From NCBI GenBank assembly GCA_937888825.1, contig CALBFE010000106.1, forward strand, positions 9,551-73,550: a stretch of DNA of 64,000 bases. Reading direction: 5' to 3'. Source of the DNA: an uncultured Actinomycetes bacterium (GTDB taxonomy: Bacteria; Actinomycetota; Actinomycetes; Nanopelagicales; Nanopelagicaceae). Positions 52,104 to 61,078 of this stretch are shown one piece after another; position 1 is the stretch's first letter; each line of letters opens with the position of its first letter. The notes under the pieces are model-generated. The model had not been told where the DNA came from and searched no databases. It saw nothing but the letters and a program-made list of their open reading frames with translations. The position numbers and the translations under genes are program-made.

Positions 52104-52837
52104 GAAAGTAAGAATTTAGCTCCAGCTATTAGTAGGACAAAGCCTAAAGCCCGTTTAACCCCAACGGATGAGAATCTTTTGATGCCAAAACGAGTTCCAA
52201 TGAATGCTCCGAGTAATACGGCAACTAAGAAGATGGGTAGCTCGCTAGGGAGTGAAGAAGTAGATTGAAAGTTGCCAAGTAATCCAGCGGTTGAGTTAAC
52301 AAAGATAAAAGCAGCAACAGTTCCGCTAGCTGCTTTCACACTCACCCAACCTAGCCAAATGATGAGGGGGGAGAGGAATATGCCGCCTCCTGTGCCAGTA
52401 ATGCCAGAGAGCAAACCAACGCATGCGCCCATAAAGATCGCTAGAGGCTTGTTTACTTCTCTATGAGCCTTATCCGTTTGCAACGCTTGCACCAAAAAGC
52501 GCACACCAGATAACAACAACAGCACGCCAATAACTGGCCTATAAACATCACTTGGCAGATTAATTCGCCCACCTAAGTATGCTGCAGGCACAGAGCCCAG
52601 ACTTAGGTTTAAAAAGAGTGATTTATGAAAGAGATTGCTTTTGATATAGCGAAGGCAGGTATAGGAAGAGACAAAGATGTTAAGAGTCAGCGCAGTTGGC
52701 TTTATAACAACTGGGGGCAGATCAAAAAGCGTCATTACGGCTATATATGCCGAAGCACCTGCGTGCCCCACCGATGTATAGAGAATTGCTCCCAGAAATA
52801 AGCACCCAGCAATGAGGAGCGTCTGTGCTTCAAACAC
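52100..52837 (-). CDS. TSUP (TauE/SafE) family permease
   Basis: VGHAGAS and SGITGTGGGIFLSP repeats, about 8 TM. Confidence 0.85.
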   Translation of the reverse strand: MFEAQTLLIAGCLFLGAILYTSVGHAGASAYIAVMTLFDLPPVVIKPTALTLNIFVSSYTCLRYIKSNLFHKSLFLNLSLGSVPAAYLGGRINLPSDVYRPVIGVLLLLSGVRFLVQALQTDKAHREVNKPLAIFMGACVGLLSGITGTGGGIFLSPLIIWLGWVSVKAASGTVAAFIFVNSTAGLLGNFQSTSSLPSELPIFLVAVLLGAFIGTRFGIKRFSSVGVKRALGFVLLIAGAKFLLS

Positions 52838-53763
52838 TACTGAACGGCTTTAACTATCTGCTCACTGAGCCATGTGCGAAGGCTGTAGGCATCATCAACC
52901 ATAAAACCATGGCCAAAGAATCCATGAATCATTCCTGGGTATTCCTTCATTGTCACAGGCACGCCTGCTTTTTCTAGCGCAGCTGCATAGTTTGCCCCAT
53001 CATCGCGCAAGACATCATGCTCGGCTAAACCGATAATTGCTGGTGCAACGTTTTTGAAAGAAGTTGCTCGCGCAGGAATGGCATATTTATTGTTCATGTG
53101 CGCCTCTGGAACATAGAGTCCCCAACACCACTGCATTCCAACACTTTCCAAACCGAAACCAGTCTCATGGGCAAGGTATGACTTGGACTGAAAGTCGGTA
53201 TCAAGACATGGATAGATAAGCATTTGGTAGGCCAACTTCACATCACCAGTATCGGCAGCTTTGAGTGCAACTGCTGCAGCTAAATTGCCTCCAGCGCTAT
53301 CTCCTCCCACGCCAATCTTTGTAGGATCAATTCCAAGGCGCGCAGCGTTCTTTGCAACCCAGAGCAGACCTGCATAACAATCATCAAAAGGTGTTGGGAA
53401 TGGATGCTCTGGTGCTTTCTGGTAGTTAATTCCAATTACTACAAAACCAGTCTCGGCTGCGATGTTAGACATCTGTGGGGCATAGCGAAGTGTCCAACTA
53501 AAGACCCAGCCTCCGCCATGGAAATAAACAAGGGCAGGAGCATTAGGTTTTACGTTTTTAGGACGAAAAATAACGGCATGCAGATCTGCGGTAGGTGAAG
53601 TGAAATAGGTATTTTCAGTGTGCACATCATTAGATTCAGGACCTGCATACTTTAGGTAATCAGCCGCATCTGCTCTGCGCTCTTCTAAAGTTGCATCAGC
53701 CGGCATTGGATTATTGGCGGCGGTGTAGTCGAGGAAAGCTCTGGTCTGTGGATGCATAGTCAT
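52837..53763 (-). CDS. HSL-family alpha/beta hydrolase (esterase)
   Basis: HGGGW, GDSAGG, HDVLRDD, HGF. Confidence 0.92.
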   Translation of the reverse strand: MTMHPQTRAFLDYTAANNPMPADATLEERRADAADYLKYAGPESNDVHTENTYFTSPTADLHAVIFRPKNVKPNAPALVYFHGGGWVFSWTLRYAPQMSNIAAETGFVVIGINYQKAPEHPFPTPFDDCYAGLLWVAKNAARLGIDPTKIGVGGDSAGGNLAAAVALKAADTGDVKLAYQMLIYPCLDTDFQSKSYLAHETGFGLESVGMQWCWGLYVPEAHMNNKYAIPARATSFKNVAPAIIGLAEHDVLRDDGANYAAALEKAGVPVTMKEYPGMIHGFFGHGFMVDDAYSLRTWLSEQIVKAVQ

Positions 53764-53813
53764 AGGCGCTAGGGTATTCCAAGTCGCAATACTTCACCCC
53801 TACAATTTCACTC

Positions 53814-54206
53814 ATGCCCATCGCCCATCATGTTTACACCGCTGTTGATTGTGCTCATCCAGCATCTCTAGCCCGTTTCTACGCAGAGCTAACTGGATGG
53901 GAGGTTGGCCCTATAGAGGATTCTGAAGGTAAAGTTGAGTGGGTAGATTTATTCAACAACGGCCAACGGATGATGGCCTTCCAAAAAGTCAGTAACTATC
54001 AAGCCCCAACCTGGCCAGAAGGTCCAATTCCACAGCAATTACATTTTGATTTTCATGTTCCAGATTTAGATATCGGTGAGAAAAAAATATTGGCAATTGG
54101 TGCCACAAAGCATGAAGTGCAACCAGGCAAGAACTTTAGGGTTTACTTAGATCCTGAGGGTCATCCATTTTGTTTAGTGAAGAGTCTTCAGCTGAGTAGG
54201 GAGTAA
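53814..54206 (+). CDS. VOC/glyoxalase family protein
   Basis: DCAHPASLARFY, PQQLHFDF, DPEGHPFCL. Confidence 0.88.
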   Translation: MPIAHHVYTAVDCAHPASLARFYAELTGWEVGPIEDSEGKVEWVDLFNNGQRMMAFQKVSNYQAPTWPEGPIPQQLHFDFHVPDLDIGEKKILAIGATKHEVQPGKNFRVYLDPEGHPFCLVKSLQLSRE

Positions 54207-54242
54207 TTAGAGTTAAGCCAGCGGCAGTTAAGAAAATAACCA

Positions 54243-54395
54243 TTACGTGTGTAAAGGGGTTTGCGCATCACTTATTCCACCAGAGGCTGCATTCACCACA
54301 ATGATTAAACCGATTGAAGTTCCAAGGGCTACGGCCACAAGCAATGTCTGCCGCATTCGTTGTCTTAGCTCGCGAGGCAGATAAGTCAAAAACAT
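54243..54395 (-). pseudogene. 5' remnant of a MacB/FtsX-type ABC permease
   Basis: MFLTYLPRELRQRMRQTLLVAVALGTSIGLIIVVNAASGGISDAQTPLHT* with SD GGGGG; resembles the N-terminus of actinobacterial ABC permeases but stops after 50 aa. Confidence 0.65.
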
Positions 54396-54556
54396 TGAGC
54401 CCCCTTGAAATTGTAAGTAAATCATTAGGCAACTTAGGGGTATCAGCCTGAATCAGGAAGAAAATTTGCTGAGAAAGATGTGTGAATATCTCCCTACCTG
54501 GGAGCCAAATAGGCGTGATGTGATGGATTCTCCGGCGACTCTCAAGCAAATTCGGG

Positions 54557-55495
54557 GTGCTGGGGGTTGTTTTCAATTATTTTCAACCAGTGAAAGAAAG
54601 CGTCCGAATCCTTAAAAACCTTGAAGATGAGTCCATTGAAATCCTTCGAGAAACTGCCGCTACCTTCGCTAAGCCCGTGATGATGTATTCCATAGGCAAG
54701 GACTCATCGGTCCTATTGCACTTAGCTAAAAAAGCTTTTTATCCTGGCTTTATTCCTTTCCCCCTCTTGCATGTGGATACAACATGGAAGTTCAAAGAGA
54801 TGATTGCATTTCGTGATCAGGTTGTAGCCGATGCAAAAGTCAATCTCATCGTCCATACTAATCAAGATGGTGTTGCAGCTGGTATTAATCCATTCACATC
54901 AGGGATTTCTGAATACACCCGGGTAATGAAAACTGTTGCATTGCGTCAAGCTTTAGATGAACATCGTTTTGACGCAGCAATTGGTGGATCGCGACGTGAT
55001 GAAGAAAAATCACGGGCGAAAGAAAGAATCTTTAGTGTTCGAGGTGCTGGACATTCGTGGAACCCTCGAGCCCAGCGTCCTGAACTATGGCGCTCTTATA
55101 ACACCCGGCTTGCATCGCAGGAGACTATGCGCGTATTTCCACTTTCTGATTGGACAGAATCAGATATTTGGATGTACATATTGCAAGAAAATATTGAGGT
55201 TAACCCTTTGTACTTTGCTAAGCCACGCCCCATGGTTGCACGTGGGGATCAATGGATCATGGTTGATGACGAACGCTTTCCTTTGCTAGATGGTGAAACA
55301 CCACAAATGCGCACAATGCGCTTTAGAACTCTCGGTTGCTATCCATTAACAGCTGCCGTGGATTCAGAAGCACAAACAATTGAAGAGATTGTCGAAGAAG
55401 TTCTGCAGGTCAAACTTTCAGAACGTGCCACACGTCTAATCGATGGCGCTGGCGAAGACTCCATGGAGAAGAAAAAGACTGAAGGTTATTTCTAA
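54557..55495 (+). CDS. cysD: Sulfate adenylyltransferase subunit 2 (NodP-like)
   Basis: [41 protein letters not shown]; true start may be GTG 54590. Confidence 0.96.
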   Translation: MLGVVFNYFQPVKESVRILKNLEDESIEILRETAATFAKPVMMYSIGKDSSVLLHLAKKAFYPGFIPFPLLHVDTTWKFKEMIAFRDQVVADAKVNLIVHTNQDGVAAGINPFTSGISEYTRVMKTVALRQALDEHRFDAAIGGSRRDEEKSRAKERIFSVRGAGHSWNPRAQRPELWRSYNTRLASQETMRVFPLSDWTESDIWMYILQENIEVNPLYFAKPRPMVARGDQWIMVDDERFPLLDGETPQMRTMRFRTLGCYPLTAAVDSEAQTIEEIVEEVLQVKLSERATRLIDGAGEDSMEKKKTEGYF

Positions 55496-57318
55496 TGTCT
55501 AGATCGGTAATCAGGTTACTGACCTGCGGCAGCGTCGATGATGGTAAGAGCACACTGATAGGACGCTTATTGGTCGAGACTGACAGCGTTCCACACGACA
55601 CAATTAGCGCCGCTCGCTTCACACGTAGGAGTGGCTCAACAATTTCTTCAGGTGAAGTTGATTACAGCCTGTTAACTGATGGATTAGAAGCCGAGCGCGA
55701 GCAAGGCATTACCATCGATGTTGCCTATCGATCAATGTCACTTCGTGATGGAAAACGTTTAATAATTTCAGATGCACCAGGCCATGAGCAGTACACCAGA
55801 AATATGGTTGTTGCAGCCTCCCGGGCCGATATTGGCTTAGTACTAGTTGATGCAACTAAAGGTGTGCGCACTCAAACCCTTCGCCATTCCACTATCTGCG
55901 CAATCATGGGAGTTAAGCGAATAATTGTTGCAATTAACAAGTTAGATGCGCTGGGATATTCTCAAGAGGTATACACGCAGATTCACAATGAGCTTAGTCC
56001 ACTATTTACCAAATTAGGAATTGATGACGTTCGTTTCATTCCAATGAGTGCACTCAATGGTGACAACGTCACTACTGCAAGCTCGACGATGAGCTGGTAT
56101 TCAGGTGAGACATTGCTAGATGCTATTCAAGGATGGAATCCTGCAGCTCATGTTGGTAGTGATTCACGCATGGACATTCAATTAATTTCACGAGCCGAAG
56201 ATTTTCGTGGAGTCTCTGGAACAGTTCACGGTGCTGGATTTGCTGCAGGTGATAAAGTCACCGTCCTGCCATCTAAGCAGAAGGCTACAATTGCAAAGAT
56301 TGTTACCTACAACAATGAGAATGCAACCGCTGGCGATTTAGAGTCAGTGACATTAGTGCTAGAGCCTGATATTGATGCCACACGAGGCGATGTCATCGTA
56401 AATGATGGAAATGAATTAGAGATTTCAAACCGCTATCAGGCAAAAATCGTGTGGTTGCATGAAGAACCCCTTGTTCAAAGCCGTTCCTATCTCTTAATTT
56501 CTGGCCCTACTCAAGCTCCCGTAACGATTTCCAAGATTAAGTATGTACTTGATGTAGTTAGCGGTGAGGAAAAACCAGCTCAAAAGCTTCAGGTAAATGA
56601 GATTGGTTTGGTCGAAATCGCAACTGATCGTGCGATTGCCCTTGAGCCGTATTCCCAATCGCGACAGTACGGAAATTTTGTAATTGTCGATCGCCTTACT
56701 CAACAAACAGTTGGAGCAGGGATGGTCGAGCATTCACTGCGCAGAGGCACGAACATCACTCATCAGGCATATGAAGTGGCAAGAAGTGATCGTTCTCTAC
56801 AAAAATCACAAAAGGCACAGATTATTTGGCTCACAGGTTTATCTGGTTCTGGTAAGTCAACTATTGCTAATGAGTTAGCCAAGCAGCTCTTTGCCCAAGG
56901 TTTCCATGCCTATGTCCTAGATGGAGATAACTTGCGCTCAGGGTTAAATATGGATTTGGGTTTCACACCAGAAGATAGAGCAGAAAATGTGCGCCGAGTT
57001 TCTGAGGTCGCAAAATTGATGCTTGATTCCGGATTAATTGTGATTACAGCTCTGGTCAGTCCCTTTGAAACCGATCGCCAGAGAGCACGCAGCCTGGTTG
57101 AAGAGGGTGAGTTCATGGAAATCTTTATCGATACGCCAATAGAAATCTGTAGAGCACGCGACCCTAAGAGTCTCTACAAGAAAGCAGACAGTGGCAAAAT
57201 CCCTAACTTCACCGGCATTGGCCAAGAGTATGAAGTTCCATTGCACCCTGAGTTAGTCATTGATGGCACAAAACCATTATTGGACTCAGTAAAGCTAATC
57301 ATGGCGCGCATTCAATGA
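55495..57318 (+). CDS. cysNC: Fused ATP sulfurylase GTPase subunit / APS kinase (NodQ-like)
   Basis: GSVDDGKSTLIGRLL, DAPGHEQYTRNM, NKLD; C-terminal WLTGLSGSGKST, LDGDNLR, NFTGI...YEVP. Confidence 0.96.
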   Translation: MSRSVIRLLTCGSVDDGKSTLIGRLLVETDSVPHDTISAARFTRRSGSTISSGEVDYSLLTDGLEAEREQGITIDVAYRSMSLRDGKRLIISDAPGHEQYTRNMVVAASRADIGLVLVDATKGVRTQTLRHSTICAIMGVKRIIVAINKLDALGYSQEVYTQIHNELSPLFTKLGIDDVRFIPMSALNGDNVTTASSTMSWYSGETLLDAIQGWNPAAHVGSDSRMDIQLISRAEDFRGVSGTVHGAGFAAGDKVTVLPSKQKATIAKIVTYNNENATAGDLESVTLVLEPDIDATRGDVIVNDGNELEISNRYQAKIVWLHEEPLVQSRSYLLISGPTQAPVTISKIKYVLDVVSGEEKPAQKLQVNEIGLVEIATDRAIALEPYSQSRQYGNFVIVDRLTQQTVGAGMVEHSLRRGTNITHQAYEVARSDRSLQKSQKAQIIWLTGLSGSGKSTIANELAKQLFAQGFHAYVLDGDNLRSGLNMDLGFTPEDRAENVRRVSEVAKLMLDSGLIVITALVSPFETDRQRARSLVEEGEFMEIFIDTPIEICRARDPKSLYKKADSGKIPNFTGIGQEYEVPLHPELVIDGTKPLLDSVKLIMARIQ

Positions 57319-58067
57319 ACTGGATTCTTTTTGCTTTAGCTGGATCAGTTGCTCAATTTGTTGATGGCACTTTAGGGATGGGCTTTGGCCTATTAAGTTC
57401 TACCCTTTTACTGACTTTGGGGGCATCGGCTGCCCTATCCTCGACAGCGGTGCACATGGCAGAGATTTGTACGACTTTGGCATCAGGCGCATCGCATTGG
57501 CACGCAGAAAATATTGATAAAAACGTATTGCGTCGTCTGGCAATTCCTGGCGGAGTTGGTGCATTTTTGGGGGCAACTTTTTTATCTTTTATTGATCTCA
57601 CCAACGGTCGAATCTTTGTATCAACGTTGCTTTTATTCCTTGGATTCTTACTGCTCTATCGAAACTTGTTTTCCAATCAGCAGACAAACGCTATTGAAAT
57701 TAAGAACCCACGCTTTCTTACCTATCTAGGCTTTACAGGTGGTTTTATAGATGCAGCAGGTGGCGGCGGATGGGGCCCGTTAGTAACTCCCACTTTGCTT
57801 TCTACAACCAGTACAGAACCTAGAAAAGTCATTGGAACAGTAAGTGCGTCCGAATTCATTGTGGCCGTTGCAGCAAGTACGGGCTTTCTTATCAACTTCA
57901 ATCGCGTTGACATTGATTGGAGCGTGGTGGGTGGGTTGGCTTTGGGTGGAACGATTATGGCGCCTATTGCTGCTCGTATCGTAAGAAATCTGCCCCGTAA
58001 ACAACTGGGTCTTTTTGTTGCACTAGCTATTATTGCAATAAATGGTTACCGAATCATTATTGGTTAA
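57315..58067 (+). CDS. TSUP (TauE/SafE) permease, candidate sulfate transporter
   Basis: QFVDGTLGMGFG, DAAGGGGWGP; ATGA overlap with cysNC. Confidence 0.85.
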   Translation: MNWILFALAGSVAQFVDGTLGMGFGLLSSTLLLTLGASAALSSTAVHMAEICTTLASGASHWHAENIDKNVLRRLAIPGGVGAFLGATFLSFIDLTNGRIFVSTLLLFLGFLLLYRNLFSNQQTNAIEIKNPRFLTYLGFTGGFIDAAGGGGWGPLVTPTLLSTTSTEPRKVIGTVSASEFIVAVAASTGFLINFNRVDIDWSVVGGLALGGTIMAPIAARIVRNLPRKQLGLFVALAIIAINGYRIIIG

Positions 58068-58072
58068 GTTGA

Positions 58073-59005
58073 CTAGTAGTACTGCTCGATCTCTATCCCT
58101 TGGGAGTAGAGTTCTTGAAGAATCTGAGAATATCTTCTTTCAAAGGCATTAGGATTTTTCACAACTTTAGCCCAATCTCCTTGAGACATTTTTTCAGCAA
58201 GTAGAACTTCGTCATAGTATTTACGCAAGGTATCGTTGTCATCAAGATTTAAAAAAGTGAGAACCTTTCGATATGTCGCATCACGATCGTGAACTATGAA
58301 ATCCTCTAATCGCACGGTGATGTGGTTATCTTCTGGAATTTTCTTTAACGCTAAGAAAGACTTTTCGATTCTGCCCTTCCACCATTCCAGCGCTTCTTCG
58401 GGCGTGCTTGGGCCCCATTTTTCTTTACTAACCGACAATGCGACATCACGACCATCGCGAACCATATTTATAAATAATGAGTTTGGCATGAAGCGGGAGA
58501 TGCGATTGGCATTTTGAATATTTAAAGGAGTTGAATCGGCAAAATATTTAACGCTTTGATCCTTAAGTTGAGCTCTAGATAGTTCAAAAAAGAGGTCTTG
58601 GGATGCCCCCAGTAGATCCTCTTTTGATTTGAAATCAAAGCGTTCAAGAGCACGATTGAGATCCTCGCGCTCTATTCCCTGTACTAAACCTCGAGGTTTG
58701 CCCGTTTTACCCTCCTGGCTCCACCATCTGGTAGAAATTCTTTCTCTGAAAACCTGATGCTTGCTCTTTCCAAGCAGCAGAGAAGTACGTAAAAAAACTC
58801 TTTTTCTCACCTCGCGCCGGCTGGTTTCAAAAGCTAGGGGCCTGCCAAAGTTGAGATCCAACAGACCGGCACGGTCAGTGAGATATTTAATTTCACGGGG
58901 CATGCTGGTGTGAAATTCGGGGTGGCGGGTCAGGCAATTGACGATAGCCGTAGTGCCGCTACGACCTGTACCACCTGAAAAAACAGGTGTGAAATCAATA
59001 CGCAT
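58073..59005 (-). CDS. Sulfotransferase (Sulfotransfer_3-like), paralog A
   Basis: 5'-PSB GTGRSGTT; 3'-PB MVRDGRDVALS. Confidence 0.88.
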   Translation of the reverse strand: MRIDFTPVFSGGTGRSGTTAIVNCLTRHPEFHTSMPREIKYLTDRAGLLDLNFGRPLAFETSRREVRKRVFLRTSLLLGKSKHQVFRERISTRWWSQEGKTGKPRGLVQGIEREDLNRALERFDFKSKEDLLGASQDLFFELSRAQLKDQSVKYFADSTPLNIQNANRISRFMPNSLFINMVRDGRDVALSVSKEKWGPSTPEEALEWWKGRIEKSFLALKKIPEDNHITVRLEDFIVHDRDATYRKVLTFLNLDDNDTLRKYYDEVLLAEKMSQGDWAKVVKNPNAFERRYSQILQELYSQGIEIEQYY

Positions 59006-59055
59006 CTAGATATCTTAAGGTCGTAAATCCTCTTATGTGGCGATAATCTGTCTGT

Positions 59056-60024
59056 GTGGCATATTCACCGAAAACTCACATTCCAGTTCCGATATTTATA
59101 GGCGGCACAGGTAGAAGTGGCACCACGATTCTTGGAGATATGCTCAATGAGCATTCATTGATTAGAACTAGCAATCCTACCGAGATCAAATTTCTGGCTA
59201 ATAGAGGTGGCTTACTTGATGTAATTTTTGGATCACAGAGCTCTAATATATTAAAGCGTCAACAAATATCTGTGTTGTACTTTCGGACTCGGAGAGAAAG
59301 AAAACGCAAAGATGCTCTAGCTAGGACTATTCGAGTTCAAGAGTTTAGAGAAAAGCTTTGGCAAAAGTGGTGGGAGATTGACGCAAAACCACCGCATGGA
59401 CCAGGCCTACATGTTGGAATAATGAAAGAAGTACTGACAGATATTGTCAATAAATTTGAAAAGTCAATGAATAAAAGTCCAGCCCGTGCTGGAAGACGAT
59501 TTATGGACAGATTTATATCCTCCCAGTTTGATTCAACTAGCAAAAAGAAATATTGGGTCGAGACCACACCCATGAATATTTCGTATGCCCAACACTTAAC
59601 CACTCTTTATCCTCAAGCACGTTTTATCGTAATGCGGCGCGATCCTCGAGATGTTATTGCCTCTCTTATAACTAAAGACTGGGGGCCATCAACGCCGCTG
59701 GAGGGTATTGAATGGATTGAAAAAAGATTACGTTCAGATGCCCATGGTCAAAGTTTTATCCCCAAAAGCCAACTGCTCGTTATTAATCTGGAAGATTTAG
59801 TTACGAACAATCCTGAGCAGACCTATAACAAGATATTAAAGTTTCTTGCAATTGAAGACGAGCCTGCAGTGCGAACTTTTCACCAAGAAAAAATGAATGG
59901 CGATCTTGCATCCTCTGGTCGCTGGAAAAGTCAAATAGATTCACCGGAGTTTGTTTCCGCAACCGCACAAATGTTGCAACGCTTAAAGGACGAGGCAATC
60001 GAATCCGGCTTAATCTTGATGTAG
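59056..60024 (+). CDS. Sulfotransferase (Sulfotransfer_3-like), paralog B
   Basis: 5'-PSB GTGRSGTT; WVETTP; 3'-PB MRRDPRDVIAS. Confidence 0.88.
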   Translation: MAYSPKTHIPVPIFIGGTGRSGTTILGDMLNEHSLIRTSNPTEIKFLANRGGLLDVIFGSQSSNILKRQQISVLYFRTRRERKRKDALARTIRVQEFREKLWQKWWEIDAKPPHGPGLHVGIMKEVLTDIVNKFEKSMNKSPARAGRRFMDRFISSQFDSTSKKKYWVETTPMNISYAQHLTTLYPQARFIVMRRDPRDVIASLITKDWGPSTPLEGIEWIEKRLRSDAHGQSFIPKSQLLVINLEDLVTNNPEQTYNKILKFLAIEDEPAVRTFHQEKMNGDLASSGRWKSQIDSPEFVSATAQMLQRLKDEAIESGLILM

Positions 60025-60104
60025 CCCCAATCTCACAAGGTATTCCCAGGATTATTACAACTATTTGGCGCCTGACACACTGTTTTACCCTATAGATTAA
60101 AAAT

Positions 60105-60983
60105 ATGATATCTGCTGAAAATCTTCCCAAGCATCAAAGAGTTCGTGTTGGTTTAGTTGGATTCGGTAAAACCGGACGAGCCGTGGCTTCGGTATTGCTG
60201 CACGACAAAACAATTGATTTAGTGTGGGTGGTGAGGAAAAGTAACACTCTTGATATGCGCTCAGTACCAGAGTTTCTTGGAATCGAATCAGATGAAGATG
60301 GCACCATTCACTGCACTGATGCTGTGGATTTTGAATCCCTACAAGCAAGCTCGCCAGTAGATGCAATAATTGACTTCAGTTCCGAATCGGGCATGGATTA
60401 CTACGGTGAAAGTGCCGCCGAGCTTGGCATAACAATAGTCTCAGCCATTTCAAATCTTTCAAACGCAAGAATTAATTCACTCAAGAATTACTCTAAAACT
60501 ACCCGAGTCTTATGGTCTCCAAATATAACTTTGGGAATTAATTTTCTGATAGTTGCCGCTAAAACTCTACAAGAACTAGCGCCTCAGGCTGATGTGTCAA
60601 TTCTCGAGGAGCACTTCAAATTAAAACCAGAGGTTTCTGGAACTGCGCTAAAGATTTCTGCTGCGCTAAATTTAGATCCAGAGGACATTCGAACAATTCG
60701 AGCTGGTGGAATTATTGGAGTTCATGAAGTTCTTTTTGGATTCCCCTTCCAAACGGTCAGGTTAAAGCACGAGTCAATTTCCCGAGAATCATTTGGAAAT
60801 GGGGCTAAATTCGGCCTCATGGAGATCCAAAAGCGTGACATTGGTTTCTACAATATGGAGGATTTAGTGGGAAAATTCTTTGTTGATGCGAATAGTAAAT
60901 ACGCCACAACTCCTAACCCAAAGATAGAAAACAAAGGCTTGCTGGGTAAGGTCATTAGATTTCTCTACCACCGCTTTGGATAG
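60105..60983 (+). CDS. DapB-like NAD(P)-dependent reductase, divergent
   Basis: GLVGFGKTG, IIDFS, WSPNITLGIN, EEHFKLKPEVSGTA, IRAGGIIGVHEV, R.SFG.GA. Confidence 0.75.
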   Translation: MISAENLPKHQRVRVGLVGFGKTGRAVASVLLHDKTIDLVWVVRKSNTLDMRSVPEFLGIESDEDGTIHCTDAVDFESLQASSPVDAIIDFSSESGMDYYGESAAELGITIVSAISNLSNARINSLKNYSKTTRVLWSPNITLGINFLIVAAKTLQELAPQADVSILEEHFKLKPEVSGTALKISAALNLDPEDIRTIRAGGIIGVHEVLFGFPFQTVRLKHESISRESFGNGAKFGLMEIQKRDIGFYNMEDLVGKFFVDANSKYATTPNPKIENKGLLGKVIRFLYHRFG

Positions 60984-61039
60984 AGCTATTAGTCATTTAA
61001 TGATTGATTTACAGATAAATCCCGGGTTCACTTACGTAA

Positions 61040-61078
61040 GTGGGTAGTGAAGGACTTGAACCCCAACACGGGTTATGT
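61040..61078 (-). other. Degenerate tRNA 3' half (possible att-site remnant)
   Basis: Minus strand: CATAA CCCGT GTT GGGG TTCAAGT CCTTC ACTACCC A C, i.e. anticodon-loop-like, T-arm and acceptor 3' strand; no intact 5' half. Confidence 0.4.
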
